Origin: Eledone cirrhosa
Lineage: Eukaryota
DNA: 64,000 nt
Assembly (NCBI GenBank): GCA_964016885.1
Contig: OZ024743.1
Span: 30,876,001-30,940,000 of the forward strand
Direction: 5' to 3'
Both the position numbers and the translations under genes were made by a program. Of this stretch, positions 24,842-39,807 are shown piece by piece. Under the pieces are notes generated by a model. It saw only the letters and a list, made by a program, of their open reading frames with translations, searched no databases and was not told the DNA's origin. The first letter of the stretch is position 1. Each line of letters opens with the position of its first letter.

Positions 24842-27115
24842 GGTGAGTAATATTGTAGATCTATAAAACTATGCCTATATCAGATAAGTAGCTCTCAACA
24901 GTTGGTAGAACTGGAGTATATATTAAAGAAGAAATTAAAAGATGGTTAAACAAAGTTCCATATATTTTATTATGCGCATTTCGAAAACAACATCATCCTG
25001 GGACAAACATTGTGTTCTCATCAGATAAAATAAGGCCTAAAAAGACTTGTCAACAAGAAAGATTCAAGTCTACATATGACAGAAATATACGAGTAAGGAA
25101 AATATGGGAACATCGAAGAAAAGGAAAGAAGAAAGAGAAAAAGGAAAAATAAATAGAAAAGAGGAAAAAAGGAAAAAAGAAAGAAGGAAGAGGGAGAAAG
25201 AGAAAGAGAGAGAGAGAGAGAGACACTTTTGGTCTGGAACGCTGTCAAAATGAAAACAGCTGTAAATATCGGTTAAAAAGTAAATTGATGAGGTGTATGT
25301 GGGAATATTATAGAAGGTGTTCACATATTAGAGGTCTAAATATAGAAACTGGGTATATTATTTTATATTGGGTTTAAATACTAAAACTTGGATTAAAAAG
25401 TGTAAAAATGTATTAATAATATAAAATAAAATAAAATTAAATAAGTATAAAAAAGTTTTTAAAATAAAATAAAATACAATAAAAAATAAAAATAGTCTAT
25501 ATGTCAAAATTAAAAATTCTATTACAAATCTATATATGTGGGGTATACTATTTAATTATTATTTTATATCAACAAGTAAATAAAGGAAATTGCTAGAATG
25601 ATTTATAAACGTAGAAAAACATATGACCTCATGATTTGTTTACAAAATCTACGAAGGTTTGAACGTAAGGCTATAGAAAAAAGGTTATAGAATATAATGA
25701 AATATATTTAAAAAATATGTGTAAAAAAAAAATGTGTAAAAAAAAATATGTGTAAAAAGAATATGTGTAAAGAATTAACCGTTATTCGTGGAATATGTTA
25801 TAGGACATTAGCTATAAACTTTGTGAAATGTCTTGAAGGATTTATGATTACAAAGACCAAATAAATCTGTTCTTCTATTTATTATTGAGTTGAAATTCGA
25901 GATAATGGTAAATTTTTCAACTAGACACAAATTACAAACACTAGATATGGAAGCATTGGAGTATGGAGAAGCGTTGTAGATATTACGCCAAGAAATTTCG
26001 TAATTAATGTTTTTGTCTTTTAAGGACCAAATAAGTCATGAGAGTGCGGTGTTGGTCCTAAGTGGATATCCTAAGTGGATATTTAAATGTAGAAGAATGA
26101 TTATAGAATCTTGCTTTAAAAGAGGTATAAGTAGAGCCAATGTAGGTATTGCTATTGGCACTAGTTACAACTTTGCATTCGTATACTAGGTTTTTATCGA
26201 GACAGAAATTACTAAGAGTACAATTAGTTCTAATAGGGCAGTTGCATTTACAATTAAAATTATTTACAGCGTTATTTGCAAGTGGCTCAGGGTTACTTAT
26301 ATTTGGAACTGGAGTGGTGGAATTAACTAAAGGAGTTGCTAAAATTCCAGGTTTACATTACTATTTGATGTATTCCTCAAAGTTACGTTTTATGTCGTAT
26401 TTATAGTCGTCTTAATTTGCCTAAAGGTTACCTTAACGTCGGGCCTTATAGTGTTATTATGACTTTCATGGTTGGATGCATATGAGTTATTATTTAATAT
26501 TTTAGAATTATGTCTTGAGATAATTTTAGAAATGTTGGAAGTAGTGGAATTGAGAATTTTATAGTATGCTTATTGAAAATATTGCTATATATGTGAAGGA
26601 GGGAAGCTGTTATATAAAGCCCTAAAAAATAATTTAGGGATATTATTAATAACGGAAAGAGAGAAGGGAGCGTTGTACCAAATGATATTTTTATATCTAG
26701 GTCTCCTCCTTTTGTCAGTGGTATTATTATTACTAATTACATTACTTTAGTTACTATAAGCTCTGCCAAGATTAGTTTCCCTAGTATATCTAACATTGTC
26801 TGGATATCCAGCCCTAGATAGCGCATTATTATAATAGTTGGCATTAGCTTTGCAGATATCTTTATTAGTGGATAAATTAGAAATGATTTGTTCTACACTC
26901 CTGACTATAGCAGTTTTAACATTATTAGGGTGGTTAGAATTAAAGTTAACGTAATTTAAGTTCTCATTATCCTTATGATATGCGTAATACAGACCGGTAT
27001 CTAGATTAAGGGATATATCAAGGAAATTTGCTAATTTATCATTATTCTCGAATTCAATTTTTAAGTTAAGATGCTTAAATAGATCAAGTATATTTTTCTT
27101 AATACTATTATTAAG
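24842..27115 (-). mobile_element. Decayed 5'-truncated Naiad-like PLE (coding remnant about 25840-27115 plus 3' UTR)
   Basis: The - strand reads NFLDISLNLDTGLYYAYHKDNENLNYVNFNSNHP...YYNNALSRAGY...IIWYNAPF...CNCPIRTNC...NLVYECKV...TYIGST...CNLCLVEK with stops and frameshifts. Confidence 0.88.
24964..25031 (-). ncRNA. Hammerhead ribozyme motif (canonical core)
   Basis: attttat CTGATGA gaacac...gttttc GAAA tgcgca TA ataaaat. 7-bp stem I, palindromic stem III ATGCGCAT, AUA triplet. Confidence 0.85.
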
Positions 27116-27399
27116 AAAAATATATATTTGGCTACGTATCTATTTATTTATCTATCCATATTTACCTAACTGCTCAACTCTCTATATATACTACCATATC
27201 TGTCATATCTCTTTCTATATCTGATTAAGTGTGTAACTGTCAACCCACAGATGCCTATATTTACCAACGTCAACCTTCTGACAAATTTACAACAACATAT
27301 GCCTAAAACACATCGGTGTCAGAAGATAGAAGGTTACATAGCTAGAGAGATATACATATACTTACATTGGTAGGAAATAGTCAAGGTAACTTAGTGAAT

Positions 27400-27960
27400 A
27401 TATATTTGATAAAATGTAGAGAAAATATGGATGCAACGGGTACACTCATATGGGCACTGTGGCTATAGAGACTCTATTACACATGACATTCATTAGTTAT
27501 GCAGCGGTATACATTTATCCAGGTTAAACAGGAATTCAGCTGAAGTAACACATCTACAACGAGATTTAGATGCTATATACGATTGATCTGAAGACAGGGA
27601 TATGTAGTTTAATGTTGGAATACTTCAAGATCTCCGTTGTCAACTCACTAGCACAAGCTCACTACATCAAAGTTAATCCGATGATTTCCAGCTGAATTCA
27701 TTGAATAATAATCGGATCCTGCATTAGGAATTTATATATGTAAGGATGGATCGATTAATACACATATCACTAAGTTGGCTGCAATGCGCAGACGATTGGC
27801 CGGGTGTATTCTAAAGAGATTCATGGTTAGATAGATGGCAACACTGTTCGTCTTATAGATGATTGTGCGCAGTAGTCTAGACAGTTATTCTCAGCCATGG
27901 TCATCCACAATCAAGATAAACCCGTAAGTTGAACAAATTAAGGATTAAATAAATGGAACA
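27400..27960 (+). mobile_element. Decayed CR1-like LINE RT fragment
   Basis: DLDAIYD*SEDRDM*FNVG and HITKLAAMRRRLAGCILKRF resemble the DL..I..W.....M.FN and HI..........G.I.R.F motifs of CR1/L2 RTs. Confidence 0.55.
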
Positions 27961-27982
27961 GCTAAACTATCGGGTTAGATAA

Positions 27983-28110
<128 letters not shown>

Positions 28111-28130
28111 CATATATATATATATATATG

Positions 28131-28701
28131 AGGATGGCCATGTTGTTATCATTGCTAATAAAATGAAACACACGCACCATATAATTTTCACTTGATCTTT
28201 ATTGTTCATTTTTCTTTTATTATCGTTCGTCACACGTTATGTGACCTCTTCAATGGTTATATATTTTGTACCCCCACTTCTCCTGGTTATAAACTTCTAC
28301 TACATCTTCTGATTGTTTGGTCGTGTAAAATTGCGTTTTGTGTTTTCGCCAACATCTGTTTGTGTTTTTGTGTTCGCCATGTCTGCGCGTGTTTTATATG
28401 TGTGTGGGTTTTCATTGTTTCCTGCTTTGCTGATTGTGACTTTGTTCTGTTTTCTGTCATTAAGTATAAAGCTGTCACTATTTAATCATGTTTTCTTTTC
28501 AGGCTAGGACTTTCTTCTACTATGTGTATGGCCTCCGAAATTTGTTTGAAGTTTCGTCAGTTCTACGTGTGGATAGGGTATTATATTTCTATGTTATCTA
28601 TTGAGCACTAGTTTTCTCAATTTGGCATGTTCGTAAAATATGGATGTAACCTTTTTCTCCTTAAGTTCTCGCCAGTGTTCCTTTACTCTCTCTCCTATAC
28701 T
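28131..28701 (-). mobile_element. Decayed 3' fragment of the 8940-9768 PLE family, with a degenerate HHR at about 28215-28247
   Basis: The - strand reads SIGERVKEHWRELKEKK. The 3' UTR is similar to 9360-9620 and includes ttgaagaggtcacataacgtgtgacgaac. Confidence 0.75.
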
Positions 28702-28744
28702 TTATACATACACACACACAAACACATATATATATATATATGAA

Positions 28745-28980
28745 GGCACATGGTTTAGTGGTTAAAGGTTGGGCTTGCAAATAGTAAGATTGTGAGGAGA
28801 ACACTTTATGTGTTCACTCAGCTCTAGATATGAGTTTCGACGTCACTGATCCTAAGGTGTAACGACCACTGCCTTTCCATTGTTCAACATCGATGGGTGA
28901 CTCGTGGCTTCAGACAAACACACCTTGCACAAGCTTGTGCCCTGGTGGAGATGGCTTTAGGTGTAAAACCATGGTCATGA
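28745..28980 (+). mobile_element. Diverged, internally deleted SINE family B (CORE-like)
   Basis: ggcacatggtttagtggttaa head and ccttgcacaagcttgtgccc...taggtgtaaaaccatggtcat tail, similar to 54886-55215. Confidence 0.6.
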
Positions 28981-29004
28981 TATATGTATATATATATATA
29001 TTGT

Positions 29005-29071
<67 letters not shown>

Positions 29072-29073
<2 letters not shown>

Positions 29074-29420
29074 TTTTGCAAGGTTTTTGATATGAATGAA
29101 ATCGTGTGTCGAGATAAATATATAAACAGACTAAATAAAGATAGCGTAGAAAATACAATGAAACGGGAGGAAACAATAGCACCACTGACGATGTTGCAGA
29201 TGTGCAACGAAAGAACTTTGATAAACTATATATATGTGTTTGTGTCTATATTGTATCTATATTTTTGACCGTTGGTCTGTCAATGGCATCATTGAGGCCC
29301 GAATAAATTAAATTACCGATATAAAAGACACAGAAGCGAAAAGCGAAAACCAACGAAACAGTGAGTGTGTTCTGTTATTAATTGTGGCAATATTACTCAA
29401 ATATGACCCTCCCCAAGTAT

Positions 29421-29425
<5 letters not shown>
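29072..29425 (+). mobile_element. Minimal PLE insertion: 40-bp tail joined directly to an inverted terminal repeat with an HHR (29181-29222)
   Basis: 29072-29111 matches the tail at 38299-38335, and 29112-29425 matches 39313-39628. The HHR reads acca CTGACGA t gttgca gatg tgcaac GAAAG aa CTT tgat. Confidence 0.85.
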
Positions 29426-29458
<33 letters not shown>

Positions 29459-29509
29459 ATTAAGTCAAATATGTAAAACTTGGCTTCGTTTATTATAAAT
29501 TATAGATAC

Positions 29510-29564
29510 ACTGATATATATATTTCGGTGACAGCCATCATTGACTCTGACCTCTTCAGGCAGT
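29510..29564 (-). ncRNA. Hammerhead ribozyme motif
   Basis: actgc CTGAAGA ggtcagag...ctgtcacc GAAA tatatata tcagt, with one mismatch in stem I. Confidence 0.7.
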
Positions 29565-29780
29565 CCGAATTGGTGTGGGAAAGACCGGTACACATGCTGT
29601 TGAAGTGTGTTTAACTCCGTCAATACATAGATATGTCCAGCTCCTGGTTGTGTTCTTATTCCTCTGATTCCAGTTGCTCAGAGAAATAACAACACAGCCA
29701 GGAGCTGGACATATTGATGTATTGACGGAGTAAAACACACTTTAACAACATGTGTACCTGTCTTTCCCACAGCAATTCGG

Positions 29781-29835
29781 ACTGCCTGAAGAGGTCACAG
29801 CCAATGATGACTGTCACCGAAATATATATAGCAGT
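29781..29835 (+). ncRNA. Hammerhead ribozyme motif (canonical core)
   Basis: actgc CTGAAGA ggtcacag...ctgtcacc GAAA tatata TA gcagt. Stem I actgc/gcagt, and stem III is itself (AT)4. Confidence 0.85.
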
Positions 29836-29983
29836 ATAGCTATAATTTATAATAAATGAAGCTATATTTTACATATTTGACCTAATTATTTTACATTACT
29901 CCGGAGTAAACAAACCAAGCTGCGTACGTTGTCGAGTGCTCTAATCTGCATACTGAGGTGTCGGTAAACAACCAACATATACT

Positions 29984-30067
<84 letters not shown>

Positions 30068-30168
30068 AATGGTTATCAACGAAGTATATATTACGATGAG
30101 TATGAATAAAAGAAGTTCATTTTAACGTGATGATTTACACTTCTCTTCTTGTTTATATATATATATAT

Positions 30169-30268
<100 letters not shown>

Positions 30269-30772
30269 CTTTATATATATATATACTATTAAGTATGTCC
30301 TCTTTCTATTAGTTTCGTCTTAGAGGCTAGGTATCCTCCTATGGAAAAATACCAGAATTTCATCCCATATATCACTTAACTTCTATCACATTGTTTCACG
30401 TTTTGTCCCATCCTTTCCGACGCGAATACTGCCTAATTCATATTCGGGCATTTATTGGCTATTCGCCTGGTGATACGATTAAAATCCATGAATTGCACGT
30501 ATGCAGGCATGTTAGATCATGAATCCATTATGCACGCACATACACACACACTCACACACATACACAGACACATGTACACACACACACACACACACGCACA
30601 CACACACACACACATACACACACGCACATATTGTTAATGATGTATGTGTCTGTGTATATGCGTTTTATGTCTGTGCGGCTGTGGTTGTATATGTATATTT
30701 ATGTTTACATTTTTGTGTGAATATGTATGCGTATGTATATATAGAAACATCTATCTATTTTTACATGATATA

Positions 30773-30958
30773 ATTGTTTCTACTTTAGGCACAAGGCCAG
30801 CAATTACCCAGCGCATTACTGGTACTTCATTTTATAGACCCCGTAAGGATGAAAGGCAAAGTTACACTCGGCTGGATTTGAACTCAGAATGGCAAGGGGC
30901 GTAACTCTATGCGCCAAAGCATGGCGTCCGATCCTCTACCGATACTGCTATTCCACAG
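30773..30958 (-). mobile_element. SINE family A
   Basis: Full-length match to the recurring unit. Confidence 0.85.
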
Positions 30959-32083
30959 CCATTTTTACATGATATAATGGACGGACAACACACTTTGATG
31001 TGAACATTGATTGCGGCATAATATCATGGGTTTACATTGTCAGAGATATATTTGTTAAGAAGTCGCTGCATAGACCAAAAGAAGACATGGAATCAAGTTG
31101 ACAATAATTGAAAGAAAATTATAACTCAACAATGTATATCATTTCACTGTATGTGTACGAACAACGTAGCTTTTGTTAAACAGAATATGTGATTAATGGT
31201 CTACTCTAATCGATAACAATTCATGATTGATTACTACATCAGTGAACGCATATTTTGATATATTCTCCGTGATCTATCCCATTGTCTCACATATTATTAT
31301 TTATATTTGTTAATCTAAAATGATACTCGATTGAATTGTATGAAATATATGCTGACGTTCTTTTTTCTTCTCGTTACTCAGTTTTGCATTCATTAGACGT
31401 CGTCTTCAATCAGTGTCACTTTCATGCTTTTCATTTTCATTATACAAACTGTCCGTCAATTTAGTCTACAAATTTATTTTTTACATAAATTGTCTTTCTA
31501 AGTACTTAAAAAGATATTTTACATTTTTAGATGTCTTTCCATACAACTCAAATTCTTAGAATGTAGGACCAGTTACTCAATATGAAGTGAATTTTATGAT
31601 TTGAAAAACCCTTTGCCATGCAAACATATGAATCTGTTCTGACACCCGGTTGAAACAATTACATTATTAATATTCGAGTAACTCAGATTACAGTTATTGT
31701 ATTCAGCCATGTAGAGCGAAATTTTTATTTGAATTTGGCAAAGCTGCATTTATCGCTCGTGTACACGAAACTGACTGGCCAGTCTGCTGATATGCAAATC
31801 TGGCTGATAATATGCATATCTGACTGATCAGTCAGCCTGCTAATATGCAAATCAAGCCGATCAGTCACTGTGTATTAAGGAAATAGCATATATTTTCACT
31901 CGCTCTGACAGTTTGGCAGGTGAACAGTGAGCTGTACTGATGAAGGGTGAGACCCAGATAGATTAGTATCTGCAGTTCTGTTCACATGCCAACACAAAAG
32001 CAAGAATGAAGGGTTCATTCTACGGACATGGCTATAAAATGGAGGCTTGTTTGCGTAATTGCAAACGAATCAAATGTTGTGAA

Positions 32084-32260
32084 TTGGCAGTATCGGTAGA
32101 GCGTCGTAGATGCTTTCCAGCATAGTTACGTCCCTTTACGATCTGAGTTCAAATCCTGCCGAGGTTAACTTTGCCTTTCATCCTTACGGGGTCGATAAAA
32201 TAAAGTACCAGTAATGTACTGGTTAATTGCTGGCCTTGTACCTAAAATAGAAACAATTAT
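32084..32260 (+). mobile_element. SINE family A
   Basis: ttggcagtatcggtagag...gagttcaaatcc...gtaccagt...gaaacaattatt. Confidence 0.88.
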
Positions 32261-32315
32261 TAATATTCGAAAAACTCAGATTACATTTATTGCATGCAGC
32301 CATGTAGAGCGAAAG

Positions 32316-32448
<133 letters not shown>

Positions 32449-32627
32449 TTTATATATACATGTAAAAAACATATATATACATATATATATTAGAAAGTGA
32501 GGTTTTTTTTACAAAATGAAAAATAACCGAGGTGTCTTACACGAGTGGAAGTATAAAGAAAAAGAGATGAAATCGAAAATGCAACTGAAGTCTTATCTTT
32601 TTTAAAAATATATATATTTATTTGGTT

Positions 32628-32665
32628 CCTTTACCGGTTTCGCAGTTCTTCTGCTTTTCAAATGG
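32628..32665 (-). ncRNA. Minimal hammerhead motif (U3-A8) in a solo terminal-repeat fragment (about 32490-32695) between (TA)n tracts
   Basis: ccat TTGAAAA gcag aagaa ctgc GAAAC cg GTA aagg, the same design as the Neptune-like HHR at 63301. Confidence 0.7.
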
Positions 32666-32759
32666 TGAGTTGAGATGGAGGGTCTGTGGTTTTATGTACA
32701 TATATATACATATATACATATATGTATATATGTATATATATGTATATATGTATATATAT

Positions 32760-32813
<54 letters not shown>

Positions 32814-32851
32814 GTATATATATATGTATATCTCTATGTATATATAAATGA

Positions 32852-32930
<79 letters not shown>

Positions 32931-32934
32931 AAAT

Positions 32935-33085
32935 TAGTACTTGGTGTGATGTGTTTGTAGTAGTTTAGACATTATTTAGAAGTTGACATGACATGGAAGT
33001 TGCTTGGTTTGTTTATGGTGCTGCAGGGTTAGCCTGAAGCCACATATATTATGGTTGGGACAGTATTAAAGATGTATATATACTG
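32935..33085 (-). repeat. Unclassified interspersed repeat fragment, inverse homologue of about 45350-45500
   Basis: ttcaggctaaccctg...gcaacttccatgtcatgt.aactt..aaataatg.ctaaactactacaaaca.atcacaccaa is shared, and both copies abut (TA)n. Confidence 0.75.
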
Positions 33086-33089
33086 TATG

Positions 33090-33146
<57 letters not shown>

Positions 33147-33436
33147 TTCAAGAGTAAATTAACGTAAAGAGAGAGATGGACATAGAAGAGGAGAAGAGAG
33201 ATTGGTGAGTTAGTTAGAAGCCAAAGCGTAAAGGCATGTGCTCAATGTGCAATATGCTGTGGAAGGCAGCTAGGTGGCTGGGTTCATGCAGAGGTTAGGT
33301 GCACAGAGCTGGAAATATTCATTAGTTAAGCAAAACAAGACCACACATTTCACAAGGAAGACATTATTAAAAGATTGTCAACATATTTTAATTTGATGTA
33401 AGGTATGTAGATAATAATAATAATAATATTAATAAT

Positions 33437-33815
33437 AATTGTTTCTACATTTGGCACAAGGCCAGCAAATTACCCGGTGCATTACTGGTACTTTATTTTA
33501 TCGACCCCGTAAGGATGAAAGGCAAAGTTAAACTCAGCCGGATTTGAATTCAGATTGGAAAGGGCTGTAACTCTATGCATCAAAGCATGGCGTCCGACCC
33601 TCTACCGATACTGTCAATCCACCTAATAATAATAATTGTTTCTACTTTAGGCACAAGGCCAGCAATTAACCAGTGCATTACTGGTACTTTATTTTATCGA
33701 CCCCGTAAGGATGAAAGGCAAAGTCAACCTCGGCGGGATTTGAACTCAGATCGTAAAGGGACGTAACTATGCTGGAAAGCATGGCGTCCGACCCTCTACC
33801 GATACTGCCATCCAC
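33437..33815 (-). mobile_element. Two tandem SINE family A copies inside the 3' pseudo-LTR (57-bp remnant at the same site in the 5' copy, 37172-37228)
   Basis: SINE units at 33437-33623 and 33635-33815. Confidence 0.88.
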
Positions 33816-33833
33816 CTAATAATAATAATGTCT

Positions 33834-33952
33834 GTTTACAATTGTTTCGCTACTCCATATAATGTTTCTTGTTCAAATGATTATAGATCATTATTGATCT
33901 GGTTCAGTTGAAAATAATTAACTTATGTAAAAATAGAGCAGCCCATCGGAAC
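33834..33952 (-). ncRNA. Hammerhead motif, mutated copy (CCGATGG)
   Basis: Same as 37257-37375 but with A9 changed to G. Confidence 0.6.
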
Positions 33953-34335
33953 TTCAAAAGGAATATAAATTAAAATAAGGAGAGAATGTTACATGAATGT
34001 AATGTTCCATATATTGGTATTTCACTATGGTGTCATGGGTATATCTATTGTCTGCCATAGTCGAGCAGTATTCTTCTGTCGTAGCTGCATTGTGTGAGAT
34101 CTGCCTATGGGTAACAAGATGGCTGCCAATGGACATATTCACCTTACTAATTAGAGGGTGGTTTCAGGGGAAGTAATTCCTCAAGAAATAAGAAATTGTG
34201 GGTAGTTTATATTTAACAATTGCTAATTTTTAATTGTTTTAATTGAGAGACAATGTAAGGGAGGTAACTTATAATTATCTAAGTTAGCTATAACTATTTA
34301 ACTTATTAGTTACAAGTAAAAATGGGGCTAGATGA

Positions 34336-36818
34336 CTAGCTAAATATTCTGTTGGCGAAGGAATTAGCCCTTCGATGTTGACAGCTAATAGTTACTTCCG
34401 TTCTATCGTTAATCGGTAGAGGTCGTGATAGGTTTATGTAATATGCTTCGGTAAGACAGAGATCACAATAGTTTCTTCGTCCATTGAACGGTTGGGCACT
34501 AGCCAAGATATCCCATGTTAGTGAGTGTTCAATGATGGTTAATTTAAGGTTTATAATGACTCTAGCTAGAGATGTCGAACATCTGTTGTTAGGGTCTGGG
34601 AAGGAAAAAGAGTGCGCGTTATAGCGTAGCTTAAAAGGGTTAGAGATAAGCCGATACAGGAGCTGGTATGCGAAGCAGTTTTAACTGTGCACTTATAAAC
34701 TCTTTAGGGTGTCAGGCAATGTCCTTTTAGTGGGCATGCATTAGGGTAACGGCAGTTGCAGTTTACTTCTGCGGTTAGTGAGAGTAGGGTAGTTTAAACT
34801 AAGCAGTTGGTCAGTGCTAGAAGGATTAGATGGGGGAGGTGTGCTACTAGAGTAAGTATTGGTGTAGTGGCGTGGTGTATTTGATGGCGGTGGTGGTACC
34901 ACGGTGTGGGAGTTATACTGTCTTAGTTTATGATGGTTACTGAATGCGATGTGGCTAGCTAGGGTAGGTGTTGTGGAGAATGGGATGTTAATGTTGTTTT
35001 TATTAAAGAGTTTGTAGTATCTAAGGTTGCGGGGGAAATGTTTAGATAGGTTAGAGAAGAAGCGTTTAGGGATAGATTAGATGGGATTGGGGGTTAAGCC
35101 AGGTTATATTTCTAGGCCTATTCCTTCTAGGGGTTCTAGTGGAGTTGGTAGAGTCCTTCATAAGGTTATTATCACCTGGGCATTTATTATTTGTCATCCC
35201 ATTGCTCATTCCTGTTCTAGGGTTGATGTTTAGTTTGCTACTTGGAGTGGGAAGCAGGCCAGTGCCACCATTAAGGTTGCGTGTATAGGTGCTGTTACTG
35301 CTAAAATTTCGGCGAATCTGGCTATATGCTAAGGTATTTCTAGTTCTAATGTTAAATATGTTATGGTTGTGGTGAAGTGCTGTGTTATAGCATTTAGGTA
35401 TGTAGTAAATGGACTGCTCATAACCAGATTCAGAGAGAGCCTTATTATAATAGGCCGCATGGTTTATAAATATCTCCTCATTTGCTGATAGCATGGAGAT
35501 CCTATACGAGATGGATTTGATTACTGATCTGATGACTGCCGGTGGGTGGTTAGAGTGTGAGCTAATATATGTATGTAGTTCACCTGGTTTATGATAAGTG
35601 TAATATAGGTTATTGTTAAGATCTAGGGTAACGTCTAGGAAGTTTACTACTTTATGGTTCAGCTCGATGGTGATAGAGAGACCGTTATTTTAAAAGAATC
35701 TATGTAACTGTTTTTTGAGCAAGTCAATGCCTAGATTAGTGCAATTGTGGACTGCAAATAGGGCGTCCTCCCCATATATTCCACATTGCAAGGATTGGAT
35801 TTCAGCTCTGATGTTATGTAATAGGTAAATTCCAACTAAATCGGTAATTTGCGCAGAGTCACTTGAGCCCAGAGTGATGTCAAAGTTATCTATTCTGTCT
35901 TTTCTAGTCCAGAGTGCTCCGTTTAATTCAATGATGATCTGCCTAGCCATACGTATGACGTCAATCTCATTATTTGTTATGTCAGAGTTGGTGCTGGCCA
36001 GGGTTAATACTTTGTTGGGCAGTCCCGTGGTTATTGAAGCGTAATAGCTGTCAATGTCAAATTGGGGAACCTCATAGATTCCTTGGACCATAGATCGGAG
36101 AACCTGACCGGTGTTGCACCACAGCTTGTAGGTGACATTATCTCGTAGCCCAGGGATGATCCTATTAACGATGTTCATACTGATACGACCCAAGTCGGAT
36201 GTGGTTGGGCTTATAAGTCTAATAGATGGGTTCTCTATAAAGTTTGGATTGTGATACTTGAGAGAAAACCTTGGGGTTGTTGGTACATAAGGGTGGGTGA
36301 ATATATCCAGATGTGAGTCCTTAATCAAAGCCTGGGCTTTTCGGTTAAGTAAGTTTACACTGGAGTGTATAGTTTTTTTAATAGTTTTTATTAAGTTCCT
36401 TAAGAAGGAAAGAGTTGTAAGTTTCAGGAGTCATGGTTCATAGAGCTTTAGTTTTGTCAGACATAACATGTAAGAGGTGGGGATCTTTACATTTTTTATA
36501 GTTTTTTGTTAATTTTGTGAGGAAATTATTCTTGTGTCTATAGTGCTTTTTGAATGTAATGCTCCTGGCGAGGTTAAATAGATCTTTCTCAAAAGGTTCC
36601 AGCAGGATCTTGCGTGGAGGGTTCTTGCAGGTGGTAAATCCATATCTGTTTGAAGTACTTCCGGCGCAAGCATCACCCGCACGGTCGAAGTGGAAGGCCT
36701 TCCATCGTATTCTTCGGATGAAAGAGTTGACACTCTGTATTAGGTGTTTGAGGCATGTCTGTCTGTCCGGGATAGGAATGGACATAAGTGATATTCTGAG
36801 TTCATGCTTGCTCAACAT
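34336..36818 (-). pseudogene. Naiad-like RT plus GIY-YIG pseudogene with several frameshifts and catalytic YRDD changed to YGED
   Basis: N-terminus SIPIP...LIQSVNSFIRRIRWKAFHF, then SDKT, RLISPTTSDLG, FDIDSYYASI, GSSDSAQITDLVG, NCNCRYPNACPL and CDLCLTE...CQH. Confidence 0.9.
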
Positions 36819-37256
36819 GGTGACTTCTAACAGTAAATAGCTCAGCTACGGAAGCTCAAGTATACAGTTCAAGAGTAACCAATCTTAAAGAGAGAGATGG
36901 AGATAGGATAGGAGATATGAGAGGATAGGAGAGATTGAGGAGTTAGGTAGAAGCCAAAGCGTAAAGGCATGTGCTCAATGTGCAATATTCAGTGGAAGGC
37001 AGCTAGGTGACTGGGTTCATGCAGAGGTTAGGTGCACAGAGCTGGAAATATTCATTAGTTAAGCAAAACAAGACCACACATTTAACAAGAAAGACATTAT
37101 TAAAAGATTGTCAACATATTTTAATTTGATGTAAGGAATGTAGATAATAATAATAATAATATTAATAATAATTGTTTCTACTTTTGGCACAAGGCCAGCA
37201 AATTACCCGGTGCATTACTGGTACTTTATATAATAATATTAATAATAATAATGTCC

Positions 37257-37375
37257 GTTTACAATTGTTTCGCTACTCCATATAATGTTTCTGGATCAAA
37301 TGATTATAGATAATTATTGATCTGGTTCAGTTGAAAATAATTAACTTATGTAAAAATAGAGCAGCTCATCGGAAC
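37257..37375 (-). ncRNA. Hammerhead ribozyme motif (C4 variant, about 80-nt insertion in stem II)
   Basis: gtt CCGATGA gctgctct...ggagtagc GAAAC aatt GTA aac. 8-bp stem II base, palindromic stem III ACAATTGT. Confidence 0.72.
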
Positions 37376-37675
37376 TTCAAAAGGAATATAAATTAAAATA
37401 AGGAGAGAATGTTACATGAATGTAATGTTCCATATATTGGTATTTTACTATGGTGTCCTGGGTATACCTATTGTCTGCCATAGTCGAACAGTATTCCTCT
37501 GTCGAGGCTGCATTGTGTGAGATCTGCCTATGGGTAACAAGATGGCCGCCAATGGACATATTTACCTTACTAATTAGAGGGTGGTTTCAGGGGAAGTAAT
37601 TCCTCGAGAAATTAGAAATTGTGGGTAGTTTATATTTAAGAAGTGCTAATCTTTTAATTTTTTAATTGAGAGACA

Positions 37676-37718
<43 letters not shown>

Positions 37719-37732
37719 CGTATATAATATAC

Positions 37733-37782
<50 letters not shown>

Positions 37783-38122
37783 GCGGACGAAACCATGGTA
37801 CAGGTAAATAAATGTATTCTATTTTCTCCTAGTTTATTTTACACCTAATTCTGTTTAATTGACTGTATCTGGGCGATTACGCTATCGAAATATTCGATAA
37901 ATATTCCGTCGCGGCCGACGCGAAGGGCTAGTTTCGGTTATTTGTTGGAGATATCTTCATAGAAGCCTTATTCTTATAGTCTGGTCTATTCGATTTTTTA
38001 TATAGTTAATTATGCTAATTGGGAGAGGAAATGGTATATATTTTATCTGGTGATTCTATAGACATGTTTTATGATGTATATATATATATATATATGTGTG
38101 TATATATATATGTACGTATATA

Positions 38123-39721
<1,599 letters not shown>

Positions 39722-39769
39722 TAAGAGAGTAAAACAAAGAAGCCTTCAATACATCAAAAGTCTTTATTA

Positions 39770-39807
39770 GCCGACAATGTTTCGTCCTATTAAGGACTCA
39801 TCAGGGC
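39770..39807 (-). ncRNA. Minimal type I hammerhead ribozyme (canonical)
   Basis: gcc CTGATGA gtcc ttaata ggac GAAAC att GTC ggc. All three stems and the full core are present. Confidence 0.9.

Larger units (their letters stand above)
29452..29987. mobile_element. Non-coding fold-back element (palindrome 29452-29892) with two HHRs and tail 29893-29987
   Basis: Arms of about 215 bp are inverse with few mismatches and a small central loop near 29670-29687. (TA)n lies on both sides. Confidence 0.92.
33143..37680 (-). mobile_element. Full-length decayed Naiad-like PLE with direct pseudo-LTRs (33143-34257 and 36863-37680)
   Basis: Direct repeats flank the ORF, and the upstream repeat ends about 45 bp before the ATG. 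(TA)n lies on both sides. Confidence 0.92.

Noticed and set aside
31934-31970. CTGATGA-ggg/ccc-GATA motif, and similar weak motifs near 11277, 11595-11622 (-) and 53546-53592
   Set aside because: Core or stems are broken, so they cannot be told apart from chance or old decay.
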